Virus record (IMG/VR): IMGVR_UViG_3300047560_002128
Span: 1 to 37,181 of that record
Length of the DNA stretch: 37,181 nt
Reading direction: 5' to 3' (one strand)
DNA from: a virus
Taxonomy: Duplodnaviria; Caudoviricetes
Part shown: positions 1-9,016 of the stretch, one piece after another
Layout: every line of letters begins with the position of its first letter
Numbering within the stretch: the first letter of the stretch is position 1
Position numbers and translations under genes: made by a program
The notes under the pieces: model-generated
Database searches by the model: none
The model's input: only the letters and a program-made list of their open reading frames with translations
What the model was told of the DNA's origin: nothing

Positions 1-1909
1 CTTCATAACGGACATTCTCAACTAATGTATCAATGTAGTTTGCATGGAATTTCTTAACATTGTTACCACTACGACGAGTGTTGAATAAGCGTGTTCCACG
101 AGGATATAGTCTTGGATCTGGACAATCTGGATCGACATAGTCACTTGCTAAAAGATCAGCAATATCAGATGGCATAGATTCCTCGCCGCTGGTTGCCCAA
201 CGAGCATCAGCAAACACCCAACCGTCTGGGCTGGTGTGATCTGTTACATCTGCAAGGTTCCACTGTGAACCGTCGTATACATAGATGTTGCTGGTATCAA
301 TCCAAATATCACCGTTAACTAGTTCTGATGAACCGTCTTGTTGTGTAGTTGGCTTGCTGGCACTGATTGTAGGACCTAATGGATCAGAGTCGGGGAACGC
401 TGATAGATAACCTACCCATGTTGTTCCAGTGTTGTACATAATGTCAGCTACTAGATTACTGTCGAACCATAATTGGCTGTCATCTGGATCTGTTGTAGGA
501 GCGGTGTCTTGCGCTTCGTAAACTAATGGTTTCCAGTTTGATGCTAGATAATCGTAACTAACTTGTGATCCTATATCTGCTTTATAAACCCCTGCTAAAT
601 CTGCAAACCCTAGAGTTTCTAAAGGAGCGTTTACTCCGCCATTTCCACTGTCATTAGAGAATGCAATTTCACCGCCTAATTCGTGTGTAATTATCAAACG
701 ATTTAGAGTTGGGTTCCAACTAGCTTTGGTATAGGTTAAGTTTGCGTTGCTGTTAATACCCTCGGCAATTTTTTGTCCTAAAGGAATACTGCCTGTGCTG
801 CTTCCTGAAACACCAGTATAACTTCCCCAGTCACCGCCACTGTTAGTTTCTTTTATACCGAAACCCCAGTTTTGGCTATATGTAGAAGCATCGGCAACTG
901 ATATAGTTGTTGCGCCTGACTTATAACGAATCCATAACTTGAATTCTGCAGATGTTGTTGCCATTGGGTCGTACTCAACAAATGTAGTACCTAATGCAAT
1001 AGCTGATCCGCCTGTGGCGCCGTCTAGTGCAGAGATAGCTTCTTGTGTGCTACTATACAATGGAGCAGAAACTCGGTTCCATGATGCTGTTGCAGAACTG
1101 TAAACTCTTAGGTCCCAATCTGCACCTTTGCCAGGAGTTGTAGTTTTAATCCAAACACTGCCTGTTGAGGCATTTAAGCCGCCGGATGTAAAATCTGGAT
1201 AATCATAATGTGGGCTTAAACGAACTTTTTTACCACTGTCAAACCCGTCTTTTACTTCAACCCAACCGCTACCAGAAGAACGATAATAAACACCTTGTGT
1301 GTAAGTTGCATCGTTGTCGCTGGTTAACAAGACTGCATAATCACCGACTGAACCAAATTCTGTTGTCGGTAAACCTGTGTTCTCATCATAATCATGATCG
1401 TAATTAGTTGCATCGATGATTAATGGAGTCTTAGCAGTAAATTTACCTGTGCTAGCGTTCCATTCTTGGATACCAATAGTTGTATCTGCTGTGACCAACC
1501 AATATGTTCCGTTAACAGGCACGCCGCCTGGAACTATTGCATTTGGAACTAGTTGCGAAGTATTAATGTCTGCACGAACTACATAAGCCTTTGAGCTTAC
1601 GCCCAATGCACTGTATGCTGCCTGCAAACCGTATTCGTTTAATTCACCACCGTGTACTGGGTTACCTTCTGCATCTGTTTCAAAATAAGGTACGCCAAAT
1701 GTATCTGACAGATCACGCTGACTTGTAATAACCCAAACTTTACCAGCGTTGGCTGCTGTTGTTCCTTGTGCTGTACCAGTACCAGAGCCGTTTTCTTTAT
1801 CTTGCCCTGTTGCTACAAATATCATTGGAACTGTTCCGGCGCCTGCTGGTGTATAGAAACTCTCATCTATAACTGATACGCTTACGCCTGGTGATTGTAG
1901 TGTTGCCAT
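1..1909 (-). CDS. gp18: Tail sheath protein (T4 gp18-like), 3' part truncated by window edge
   Basis: Not in the ORF track. Read manually from ATG at 1909 with an AAGGAG RBS: MATLQSPGVSVSVIDESFYTPAGAGTVPMIFVATGQDK...SQRDLSDTFGVPYF...ELNEYGLQAAYSALG, the typical SPGV start of myovirus sheath proteins. The frame appears open to the left edge. Confidence 0.9.
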   Translation of the reverse strand, partial: MATLQSPGVSVSVIDESFYTPAGAGTVPMIFVATGQDKENGSGTGTAQGTTAANAGKVWVITSQRDLSDTFGVPYFETDAEGNPVHGGELNEYGLQAAYSALGVSSKAYVVRADINTSQLVPNAIVPGGVPVNGTYWLVTADTTIGIQEWNASTGKFTAKTPLIIDATNYDHDYDENTGLPTTEFGSVGDYAVLLTSDNDATYTQGVYYRSSGSGWVEVKDGFDSGKKVRLSPHYDYPDFTSGGLNASTGSVWIKTTTPGKGADWDLRVYSSATASWNRVSAPLYSSTQEAISALDGATGGSAIALGTTFVEYDPMATTSAEFKLWIRYKSGATTISVADASTYSQNWGFGIKETNSGGDWGSYTGVSGSSTGSIPLGQKIAEGINSNANLTYTKASWNPTLNRLIITHELGGEIAFSNDSGNGGVNAPLETLGFADLAGVYKADIGSQVSYDYLASNWKPLVYEAQDTAPTTDPDDSQLWFDSNLVADIMYNTGTTWVGYLSAFPDSDPLGPTISASKPTTQQDGSSELVNGDIWIDTSNIYVYDGSQWNLADVTDHTSPDGWVFADARWATSGEESMPSDIADLLASDYVDPDCPDPRLYPRGTRLFNTRRSGNNVKKFHANYIDTLVENVRYE

Positions 1910-1940
1910 GTTTTAACTCCTTAAAGGATCTACTTTGATA

Positions 1941-1977
1941 TATTTAGTCTGGCGTGGTAAAAAACGCCGGTTAAATA
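1941..1977. promoter_or_regulatory. Divergent pair of T4-type late promoter boxes (TAAATA) for the sheath gene (-) and HNH gene (+)
   Basis: TATTTA at 1941-1946 and TAAATA at 1972-1977. The T4 gp55 consensus is TATAAATA. Confidence 0.6.
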
Positions 1978-2009
1978 CAAGGAGAAAAGGGCAGAAAAAG
2001 GGCGGGTTA

Positions 2010-2345
2010 ATGAGAAAACTGTGTAATAAGTGTCAAAAAAGACCAGTGGCAGTTAACTATTATAAAAAAGGAAAACCTTTCTATAGGTCAGTGTGTGACC
2101 ACTGTGCGCGAGATCGCAGTGACGGTAATCCCTTATGGGCACTGAAAGGTTACACTAAAAAATCTGCCTGCGACAAATGTGGGTTTAAGTCGCAACACTC
2201 CGAAGTGTTCAATGTCTATTTTGTCGATGGTGATCAAACTAACTGTCGATACACTAACCTAAAAACAATCTGTGCAAATTGTCAACGCACTCTACAGCGT
2301 GAGGGCGTTAAGTGGAAGCAGGGCGATCTACGCCCGGATTTTTAA
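2010..2345 (+). CDS. Zn-finger / HNH-fold protein, probably nuclease-dead
   Basis: Four CxxC pairs and an HNH-like segment VYFVDGDQTNCRYTNLKTICANCQ. ATG at 2010 is preferred over the TTG at 1935, which lies across the promoter region. Confidence 0.7.
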   Translation: MRKLCNKCQKRPVAVNYYKKGKPFYRSVCDHCARDRSDGNPLWALKGYTKKSACDKCGFKSQHSEVFNVYFVDGDQTNCRYTNLKTICANCQRTLQREGVKWKQGDLRPDF

Positions 2346-3013
2346 ATCAGGTCAAGCACTACCTGCATTTCTGTAGGAATATCCTGTGGCAACAAATTTT
2401 TAATTTGCGTAAAGAGATCATCGATAGATCCATCGTTGATCACAGTATGATCAATTTCCCCGCCCACCCATGCAGTTTCACTGGCATGTATACCCAGCTT
2501 TTTCATACGCTCAGAGCTCAACATCCAACTCATATTACCTTGCCCTGCGTTCATGTTTACTGCGTCTTGATACCATTCGGGTTCATCGCCGCGCTTGATA
2601 CGAACAACAAGACCGCCTGCATTGTGAATTGCTTTGATTTCGTTAGGGAAGCGAACATCACTAATAACAATATTATCAGTAGTTTTTCGCATTTTGTTTT
2701 CTACGCTGGCAATCCAGATATCATCATGAAAGCCTTTGCGGCAAACCTCTGTGCCCCAGCGTTGTAGTACCCAACGAGGAGTTAGGTCAGGAATACCTAA
2801 ACGCTCTGCCCACCAAGTATCTACTTGTTCGCGCCATTCGCGGGCTTCTTTAGTACGGCCTTCCAAGAGAACGCGGTCCCAACCAAATACGGCTGCAACC
2901 GCGTCTTTAAGAGTGTTAGCAAATGAGTCTCGTCGGAATCCGTGAAAGTTAACCAAATAATCTGCGGCAGTATCTTTGCCTGAACCGATAAATCCAACAA
3001 AACCAATAATCAT
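2342..3013 (-). CDS. Deoxynucleoside monophosphate kinase (T4 gp1-like)
   Basis: N-terminal P-loop GFIGSGKDT, SFANTLKD, TPRWVLQRWGTE, ISDVRFPNE and HASE motifs, with an AGGAG RBS. Confidence 0.92.
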   Translation of the reverse strand: MIIGFVGFIGSGKDTAADYLVNFHGFRRDSFANTLKDAVAAVFGWDRVLLEGRTKEAREWREQVDTWWAERLGIPDLTPRWVLQRWGTEVCRKGFHDDIWIASVENKMRKTTDNIVISDVRFPNEIKAIHNAGGLVVRIKRGDEPEWYQDAVNMNAGQGNMSWMLSSERMKKLGIHASETAWVGGEIDHTVINDGSIDDLFTQIKNLLPQDIPTEMQVVLDLI

Positions 3014-3036
3014 AGCATCTCCTAGCGTGATACTAT

Positions 3037-3065
3037 AATTTATTATACTTTTATTACGATGTCAA
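3037..3065 (-). promoter_or_regulatory. Sigma70-type promoter for dNMP kinase
   Basis: TTGACA (3065-3060), a 17-nt spacer, then TAAATT (3042-3037), upstream of the kinase RBS. Confidence 0.55.
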
Positions 3066-3815
3066 TATTTTTTTCTTAAAATGGACAACTTTTAATCCCG
3101 GATCTGTTACTTGGCCGTCGTAGTTTCCACGAACATACTCTGGTAGAGGATCTGGAAACATATCAATTATCTTAACTGCTTCAAATCCTGCAGGTCCTGC
3201 TATATTAGATACCGTGTTGAATAATGTAATATGTACTGAAATAAAAATATCTGCGTCATCGGTTAGGTATTTGCCTATATTTTGAAAGAACTCTCGATGT
3301 GTTTCGAGGCCTATATCCCAGGTTGTTCTGGCAAATGCCTGGATATGATCGTCTGATAATCCCGCTCTTCGAAATCCGGCCAATGCTCCAAGATCAACTC
3401 CCATAGCATTAGGGGGGTTACCTACTACTAGGTCCCATTTTTCACTAGTTGGAATCGCTGAAATTACTGGTGTAGTATACGCTCTTACTTTACCCGACAG
3501 GTTCAACAATTCTGCATTCTTTAAACACCATTCTTCAGAGCCAGGATGCAGATCAGAAAATGCCAGCGTTTCGCATATACCGGCAGTGATTATCTCAAAT
3601 CCAATCTCGCCATGTCCTGCACACCATTCGAATGCATTTTTGTATTTTTTATCACCTATTGCTTTTAAAAAATATCTTTTATGATTTTGGCCGCCGCCAC
3701 ACAACCAAACCGGATGTGTTATTTCTGCACCAGATATTAATCTGATGGTATCTATTTGTTGCATGTTCTCTGGAAGACCAGCGGGGTCTTCTATCGTACC
3801 GTTGTAAAATTCCAT
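3054..3815 (-). CDS. Class I SAM-dependent methyltransferase (HemK/MTS-like)
   Basis: Motif I FEWCAGHGEIG, acidic residue in FSDL, and motif IV WDLVVGNPPN. Confidence 0.8.
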   Translation of the reverse strand: MEFYNGTIEDPAGLPENMQQIDTIRLISGAEITHPVWLCGGGQNHKRYFLKAIGDKKYKNAFEWCAGHGEIGFEIITAGICETLAFSDLHPGSEEWCLKNAELLNLSGKVRAYTTPVISAIPTSEKWDLVVGNPPNAMGVDLGALAGFRRAGLSDDHIQAFARTTWDIGLETHREFFQNIGKYLTDDADIFISVHITLFNTVSNIAGPAGFEAVKIIDMFPDPLPEYVRGNYDGQVTDPGLKVVHFKKKILTS

Positions 3816-3818
3816 TAA

Positions 3819-4577
3819 TTAGCCTATGACAAATGTTAGGGGTTGTCCGCCGTCTTTGTAGTTCACTAAGTCTTGTTCTAATGTTTCAATTTCGGCTTTA
3901 CCTTCGCCTTTGAGTGCGCCGCCGTTTAATGAAGTGCTGCCTTGCGGGCTAGTAATGCTGTTAAACTTCTCGCGAGCTTCACCTAGCATTAACTTGCAGT
4001 TAGCTAGAGCATAGTCCTTTAACCATTGACCACATTGAGGATCTTGTAGCAGATTAAAGTCTGGTCGATAGTTGTGCATCCAAAGTAACAGTTCTTCTTC
4101 TGCTCTAGGGCGTTGCATGATAGTGAGAACTTTTGTAGTTTTGTTAAATGTAAAATTAATATCACTACCAAACATTTTGCCGACTTGTTTTTGATACGAA
4201 GCAAAGGCATAATAAGTGGCTAGGCCACCCATGTTTGAACTAGCTAGTAGATATGTATTGCTGTATGCTAGGTTAAAGGGTTCAAACAAAGTACCACCTT
4301 CGCCACCACCACTACGGCTACCAATACTTCTACGGAAAAGCTGGCGCACATTCATAACTTCCTTGGGTAACACATACTCGTTTATATCAACTTGTATGGT
4401 TAAAAATCCAAAACTTTCTTCAACACTGTTAGAACTGCGCTGTCTAAACTTGTTTAGAGCACGATCTATAGCAGTATTGTAGTGTACAGGGTCAAGTTCA
4501 ACATCGATCATGCCGTCGCCTAGCATGGCTTTGCAATAATCGATAACTTTCTGGCGTTCTTGTTCGTTCTCAGTCAT
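3819..4577 (-). CDS. gp13: Neck protein (T4 gp13-like head-tail adaptor)
   Basis: IDYCKAMLGDGMIDVELD, WLKDYALANCKLMLGEAREKF, SLNGGALK and a C-terminal FVIG. Start moved to ATG 4577 (MTENEQ), because the track start overlaps the divergent gene. Confidence 0.88.
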   Translation of the reverse strand: MTENEQERQKVIDYCKAMLGDGMIDVELDPVHYNTAIDRALNKFRQRSSNSVEESFGFLTIQVDINEYVLPKEVMNVRQLFRRSIGSRSGGGEGGTLFEPFNLAYSNTYLLASSNMGGLATYYAFASYQKQVGKMFGSDINFTFNKTTKVLTIMQRPRAEEELLLWMHNYRPDFNLLQDPQCGQWLKDYALANCKLMLGEAREKFNSITSPQGSTSLNGGALKGEGKAEIETLEQDLVNYKDGGQPLTFVIG

Positions 4578-4582
4578 ATCGA

Positions 4583-4598
4583 TATTTAGCAATAAATA
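4583..4598. promoter_or_regulatory. Back-to-back late promoters TATTTA-GCAA-TAAATA
   Basis: Dyad of TAAATA boxes in the 28-nt gap between the divergent gp13 and gp14 start codons. Confidence 0.7.
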
Positions 4599-4605
4599 CA
4601 AGACT

Positions 4606-5820
4606 ATGCCAAGACTCTCGCTATACCGTCCTGAAAAGGGCAATGATTTTAGATTCCTAGACCGTGTAATTAATGAAGAATTTCAGGTTGGGGGCACCGA
4701 CATCTTTATTCACAAGTACGCAGGTACAGTTGCTCCTGCAGACGGAGAAAGCACGCCTACAACTCCTAATAATAGCACTAATCCTATACCTGAATTAGGA
4801 ATACAAGATGTGCTGTTTATGGAAAACCGAGACAGAATTTACGAACCTGATGTGTATGTGTTGCGTGGAATTTATCAGATGCAGGACTTAGATTTTAACC
4901 TAAGTCAATTTGGTTTATTTTTAAGCAACGATAATATCATGATGCACTTTCATTTACGAGGTTGTGTAGATTCGCTAGGTAGAAAAATCATGCCTGGTGA
5001 TGTACTAGAACTACCTCACTTAAAAGATGAGTATGCATTAGATGACAGTCTTGTAGCATTGAAAAGATTTTATGTAGTTACTGATGTTAGCCGTCCTACT
5101 AACGGCTTTAGTCAAACATGGTATCCACATTTGCTTAGAGCAAAATGTCAGCCTCTAGTTGACAGCCAAGAATTTAAACAAATCCTTGATGCAGACAGTG
5201 GTGCAGGAGATGGTAGTACCCTACGAGATTTGCTATCTACCTATCAAAAGAGCATTGATATCAACAATCAAATTATCGAGCAGGCACAAACAGATGCCCC
5301 TTTAAGTGGATATGACAGTGCTCACTTGTATGTAATACCCACTGATAAAGAAGGCCTAGTAGATTATGCCGCAGCCAGTGATGGAAATACAGATGCTAGT
5401 TCTGATGAAGATCCAAAAACTTTAGCTAGCTATGTGTTAAACACACCTAATGAAAAAATATATGTAGGCATTAGCAGTGAAGATGGGACACCCGCTAATG
5501 GTATGAAGTTTGGTAGTGGAATAACATTTCCTAGTGATCCTGTTAAAGGTCAATTTTATCTTCGCACAGATTATCTTCCAAACGCACTATTTAGATATGA
5601 TGGCAAACGATGGGTCATGCGTGAGCAGGGCGTGAGAATGACCATGAACGAGTTTGGAGCACAGGATGTTGCTCCAGGAACAGCATTTGAAGGTGCGGCA
5701 ATTAGAAAGACACAAAAGGCCGGATTTGTTAATAATACAAACACCAGCACCATTGCTGGTAAAGTTATTCCAGAACGACAAGCATTGAGCAAGGCACTAA
5801 AACCAAGGGCAGATAGTTAA
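4606..5820 (+). CDS. gp14: Neck / head closure protein (T4 gp14-like)
   Basis: DVLFMENRDRIYE, FNLSQFGLFL and PGDVLELPHL motifs, adjacent to gp13- and gp15-like genes. Confidence 0.75.
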   Translation: MPRLSLYRPEKGNDFRFLDRVINEEFQVGGTDIFIHKYAGTVAPADGESTPTTPNNSTNPIPELGIQDVLFMENRDRIYEPDVYVLRGIYQMQDLDFNLSQFGLFLSNDNIMMHFHLRGCVDSLGRKIMPGDVLELPHLKDEYALDDSLVALKRFYVVTDVSRPTNGFSQTWYPHLLRAKCQPLVDSQEFKQILDADSGAGDGSTLRDLLSTYQKSIDINNQIIEQAQTDAPLSGYDSAHLYVIPTDKEGLVDYAAASDGNTDASSDEDPKTLASYVLNTPNEKIYVGISSEDGTPANGMKFGSGITFPSDPVKGQFYLRTDYLPNALFRYDGKRWVMREQGVRMTMNEFGAQDVAPGTAFEGAAIRKTQKAGFVNNTNTSTIAGKVIPERQALSKALKPRADS

Positions 5821-5821
5821 T

Positions 5822-7198
5822 ATGGATTATTTCTACGACGGGCAGATACGACGATACCTTACACAATTCATGCGTGTAATGAGTAACTTCAGTTACAAAG
5901 ACGGAAGCGGACGAGTAGTTCAAGTTCCTGTAATGTACGGAGATCCTAATCGTCAGGCCGCTGCCATACTGAAAAAGAACAGCGAGAATACTGTGCCCAG
6001 CGCACCGTTCATTGCCTGCTATATCAAAGGTCTTGACTATGAACAGTCCAGATTACAAGATCCTACATTTGTAAGTAAGGTACAGATTAGAGAACGCGAG
6101 TACGACGACCAGTCTAATCAATATGTAGAAACACAAGGTCTAGGATACACTGTTGAAAGAATAATGCCTGCTCCTTACAAGTTAACATTTAATGCAGACC
6201 TGTGGACAACAAACACTGATCAAAAGTTGCAGATATTTGAACAGCTAAGTTATTTCTTTAATCCGTCAATGGAATTGCAGACCACCGACAACTATATTGA
6301 CTGGACCAGTCTCACTGTATTATATCTTAAACAAACAAACTTTACCAGTCGTCAAGTTCCTCAGGGTGCTAACCAAGACATTGACATAATGACTTTGACT
6401 TTTGAAACTCCTATATGGATTACACCTCCTGCAAAAGTCAAGCGTATGGGCATTATCACTAAGATTATTGCTAATGTGTTTAGCAATGAGCCAGGCACCA
6501 TTGCTACTGAATATGATACTATCGAAGCAGTCTATGATGGTCTAGGAGAGCATGTAGCCCGTGTATCAGTTAACCCCGGTAACTTTGAACTACTTGTATT
6601 AGACAATGTGGCCAGTATTGTAAAGAATGAAATTCTATCTGATGCAGATTTAGATACAATGCCGGATCACACAGTAAGCTGGCTTAAAGTGTTGGACTTA
6701 TATCCTGGACAGTTTAGAGCAAACCTAAGTCAATTGAGATTGACCAAAGCAGACGGTCGTGAAATTGTTGCCTACATCAGTTTAGATCCATTTGACGAAC
6801 GCCGTATGTTGTTAAACATTGACACGGATACTATACCCACTAACACAATTATTGCGGGCAGAGGCACAGTAGATGCGATTGTAAATCCTGAAACTTATAA
6901 TCCCAATAGTCCTGCGGCCGGCACAAGATACTTAATCTTAGAAAATATATCGTCAGATCCTACTAATGGTCCTAGCGCATGGCTAAACAGCGACGGCAGC
7001 GGATTTACAGCAGGCGCCAACGACATTATTCAATGGGACGGCACATCATGGTCTGTTGTTTTCAGTTCTCATCAGGCCATAGATGTTACTTACATAACTA
7101 ACATTTATACAGGCATTCAATACAAATGGGACGGTGAAAGCTGGAGCAAGAGTTTTGAAGGCATCTATGATAAAGACGCATGGCGAATCCTACTATAA
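5822..7198 (+). CDS. gp15: Tail terminator / sheath stabilizer (T4 gp15-like) with a C-terminal Trp-rich extension
   Basis: YFYDGQIRRYLTQF, VPVMYG, MPAPYKLTF, QIFEQLSYFFNPS and TLTFETPIWI motifs. Confidence 0.85.
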   Translation: MDYFYDGQIRRYLTQFMRVMSNFSYKDGSGRVVQVPVMYGDPNRQAAAILKKNSENTVPSAPFIACYIKGLDYEQSRLQDPTFVSKVQIREREYDDQSNQYVETQGLGYTVERIMPAPYKLTFNADLWTTNTDQKLQIFEQLSYFFNPSMELQTTDNYIDWTSLTVLYLKQTNFTSRQVPQGANQDIDIMTLTFETPIWITPPAKVKRMGIITKIIANVFSNEPGTIATEYDTIEAVYDGLGEHVARVSVNPGNFELLVLDNVASIVKNEILSDADLDTMPDHTVSWLKVLDLYPGQFRANLSQLRLTKADGREIVAYISLDPFDERRMLLNIDTDTIPTNTIIAGRGTVDAIVNPETYNPNSPAAGTRYLILENISSDPTNGPSAWLNSDGSGFTAGANDIIQWDGTSWSVVFSSHQAIDVTYITNIYTGIQYKWDGESWSKSFEGIYDKDAWRILL

Positions 7199-7629
7199 AT
7201 CCTGAACAAATTATTGCCAGTGGTGGCATATTTCTTGCTAAAAGTACTAAACGATTTTTGTTTTTGTTGCGAACACAAGGTCGTACTGCTGGCACATGGG
7301 GACTAGTTGGCGGACGCAAAGAACCCACAGATGCAACTCCCTTTGAAGCACTAAAGAGAGAAATTGAAGAAGAAATTGGAACTGTTGCTGGTATTAAAAA
7401 GACAGTTCCCCTAGAACTTTTTACAAGCAACGATCAAAATTTTCAATACAATACCTATGTTGTTATTGTTGAAAATGAATTTATTCCTAAGCTAAACGAT
7501 GAGCACAGCGGCTATGCGTGGTGCAGTTATGACAACTGGCCTAAACCCTTACATCAAGGATTAAAGACCAGTTTTTCTAATCGTGTTATCAGGGGAAAGT
7601 TAGAACTTATACTCGACTTACTTGATTAA
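7180..7629 (+). CDS. Nudix hydrolase
   Basis: Nudix box GGRKEPTDATPFEALKREIEEEIG and downstream LNDEHSGYAW. Confidence 0.9.
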   Translation: MANPTINPEQIIASGGIFLAKSTKRFLFLLRTQGRTAGTWGLVGGRKEPTDATPFEALKREIEEEIGTVAGIKKTVPLELFTSNDQNFQYNTYVVIVENEFIPKLNDEHSGYAWCSYDNWPKPLHQGLKTSFSNRVIRGKLELILDLLD

Positions 7630-8271
7630 ATCTGGGCCAAATGCCCATGTACCCATGTGTCGTGTTTCCATGCTAAGAGCGGTATCGACATAGATTTTGT
7701 GGCCTGCTTCGCCGATTTTCTGACAGAAGTGCATGTCTTCTCCTAGCCAATCATTGCTTTCGGGAGTCCAACCAAATTCAAAGTATGGGCGAGAAATTTC
7801 GTCTAAGATACTAGTCTTAACTAGCATACAGCCCATGCCAATACCTTCAACTTCTACAAGATCATCTTGTGTTTCGTAAGGTAAAGGATTTTGCCAGTCG
7901 CCGATCTTTTCGTACGCCACGCCCTTGAAAGGCGGTTGGCGTCGAACGTAGTTTGCGGCAACAACAGATTTCTTATGTGCTAACAATCTCAGTGCTGTAG
8001 TTGCAGGGAACGCCATATCGCTGTCTAGCCATAGCATATATTCTGCACCTATATTCTTAGCTTCTAGTGCTAGTCTTTCTCGTTGTGTGAGTAAGATAGT
8101 GCTAGCATCGTAGACAACATGTGTATCAATGTTGTTCTGCGTGTTTAATTTAATTAACTCTCCAATGCACTGAGCAAAGGCAGTATGTATCATGTCCCTG
8201 CAGGGAACAAGCACGGCCAGTTTAGATTTTTTTAGGCTCCACTGGCTGGAGGCAAATACACTTTTTGTCAT
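7618..8271 (-). CDS. GT-A fold (family 2-like) glycosyltransferase
   Basis: AVLVPCR, R..LA, DxD motif YMLWLDSD, GIGMGCML, GEDMHFC and HMG motifs. Confidence 0.85.
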   Translation of the reverse strand: MTKSVFASSQWSLKKSKLAVLVPCRDMIHTAFAQCIGELIKLNTQNNIDTHVVYDASTILLTQRERLALEAKNIGAEYMLWLDSDMAFPATTALRLLAHKKSVVAANYVRRQPPFKGVAYEKIGDWQNPLPYETQDDLVEVEGIGMGCMLVKTSILDEISRPYFEFGWTPESNDWLGEDMHFCQKIGEAGHKIYVDTALSMETRHMGTWAFGPDLIK

Positions 8272-8738
8272 GCGCCAGCTACATCGTTGCTTAGAGTTTC
8301 GCCTTGAATTACTAGTTCTTGAATAGAATTAATTAAATCCTGGCTGCGTTTTGCTGTTAGAATAAAATCGTTAGGTGCTAGCTTACACATTTGTTCCATT
8401 GTATCAATGCTAATTGCATTATTACACAATGTTTCAAGTGCGCCTTGTCGGGCTAGGCGTTCAATAAATTGATGTCTCACTGTTTCATCGTTTTGGTCAA
8501 ACAATTCTTCACAAGAATCTTGATCCATGTCATCAGCAAGTTCTTCAAGTGCGGTTAATTCTTGTTTGATTTCAATAGTTGGATTTTCTATTGTTCGTAA
8601 GTATTCAATCCGGCGCAAGAATTGAAGTAGAACTTCTGGATTTGTAGAGCGTTCGTGCCAAATAATGTTGTCTAATTCCCATTTACTGATTCGGAACGAC
8701 TCTGCTAATAATAGCAATGCTTCGATATCTATACTCAT
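8268..8738 (-). CDS. Hypothetical acidic helical protein
   Basis: 156-aa ORF with an ATGA overlap into the glycosyltransferase gene. Confidence 0.7.
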   Translation of the reverse strand: MSIDIEALLLLAESFRISKWELDNIIWHERSTNPEVLLQFLRRIEYLRTIENPTIEIKQELTALEELADDMDQDSCEELFDQNDETVRHQFIERLARQGALETLCNNAISIDTMEQMCKLAPNDFILTAKRSQDLINSIQELVIQGETLSNDVAGA

Positions 8739-8748
8739 TTTTTACCTA

Positions 8749-8946
8749 TTAATATGTATACGGTGCTGTCTTTCCGCCGAATGTAGACGAGAAGCTAATT
8801 TGAGCACCTGCAACTTTACCACCATAACTGGCACCTAGTGTAGCACTTAGTCTTACGCTGGCACCAGAGGGACTTGCATTTGTATAAGCAGTATACACTC
8901 TTCCCATTGAAATTGCACTTCCTGTTGCTGGTAAAACTGACGGCAC
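8749..8946 (-). CDS. Small putative fiber-tip / virion protein
   Basis: GTG start with AGGAG RBS. LPATGSAISMG...ISFSSTFGGK resembles the 'LPxSGxISxS...ISxSxFYGK' module often found downstream of S74-type fibers. Confidence 0.65.
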   Translation of the reverse strand: MPSVLPATGSAISMGRVYTAYTNASPSGASVRLSATLGASYGGKVAGAQISFSSTFGGKTAPYTY

Positions 8947-8961
8947 CGATTATCTCCTGGA

Positions 8962-8969
8962 TATTTATA
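8962..8969 (-). promoter_or_regulatory. Late promoter TATAAATA
   Basis: Exact T4 late consensus upstream of the RBS of 8749..8946. A second box, AATAAATA, lies at 9011-9018. Confidence 0.75.
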
Positions 8970-9016
8970 GGTATTAAAAAACTAGTGTAAAAAACTTGAT
9001 TTAATCAATGTATTTA

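Noticed and set aside
2312-2945. Plus-strand ORFs 2312..2767 and 2736..2945 (also 1210..1407 and 7098..7430)
   Set aside because: Antisense to confidently identified genes and without recognisable motifs.
4578-4643. N-terminal extension of gp13 given by the ORF track (similarly 1935-2009 and 13865-13885)
   Set aside because: These extensions overlap promoters or neighbouring genes, and downstream ATGs fit better.
8971-9010. Duplicated TAAAAAACT in an intergenic spacer
   Set aside because: Short and AT-rich with no stem, so likely chance.
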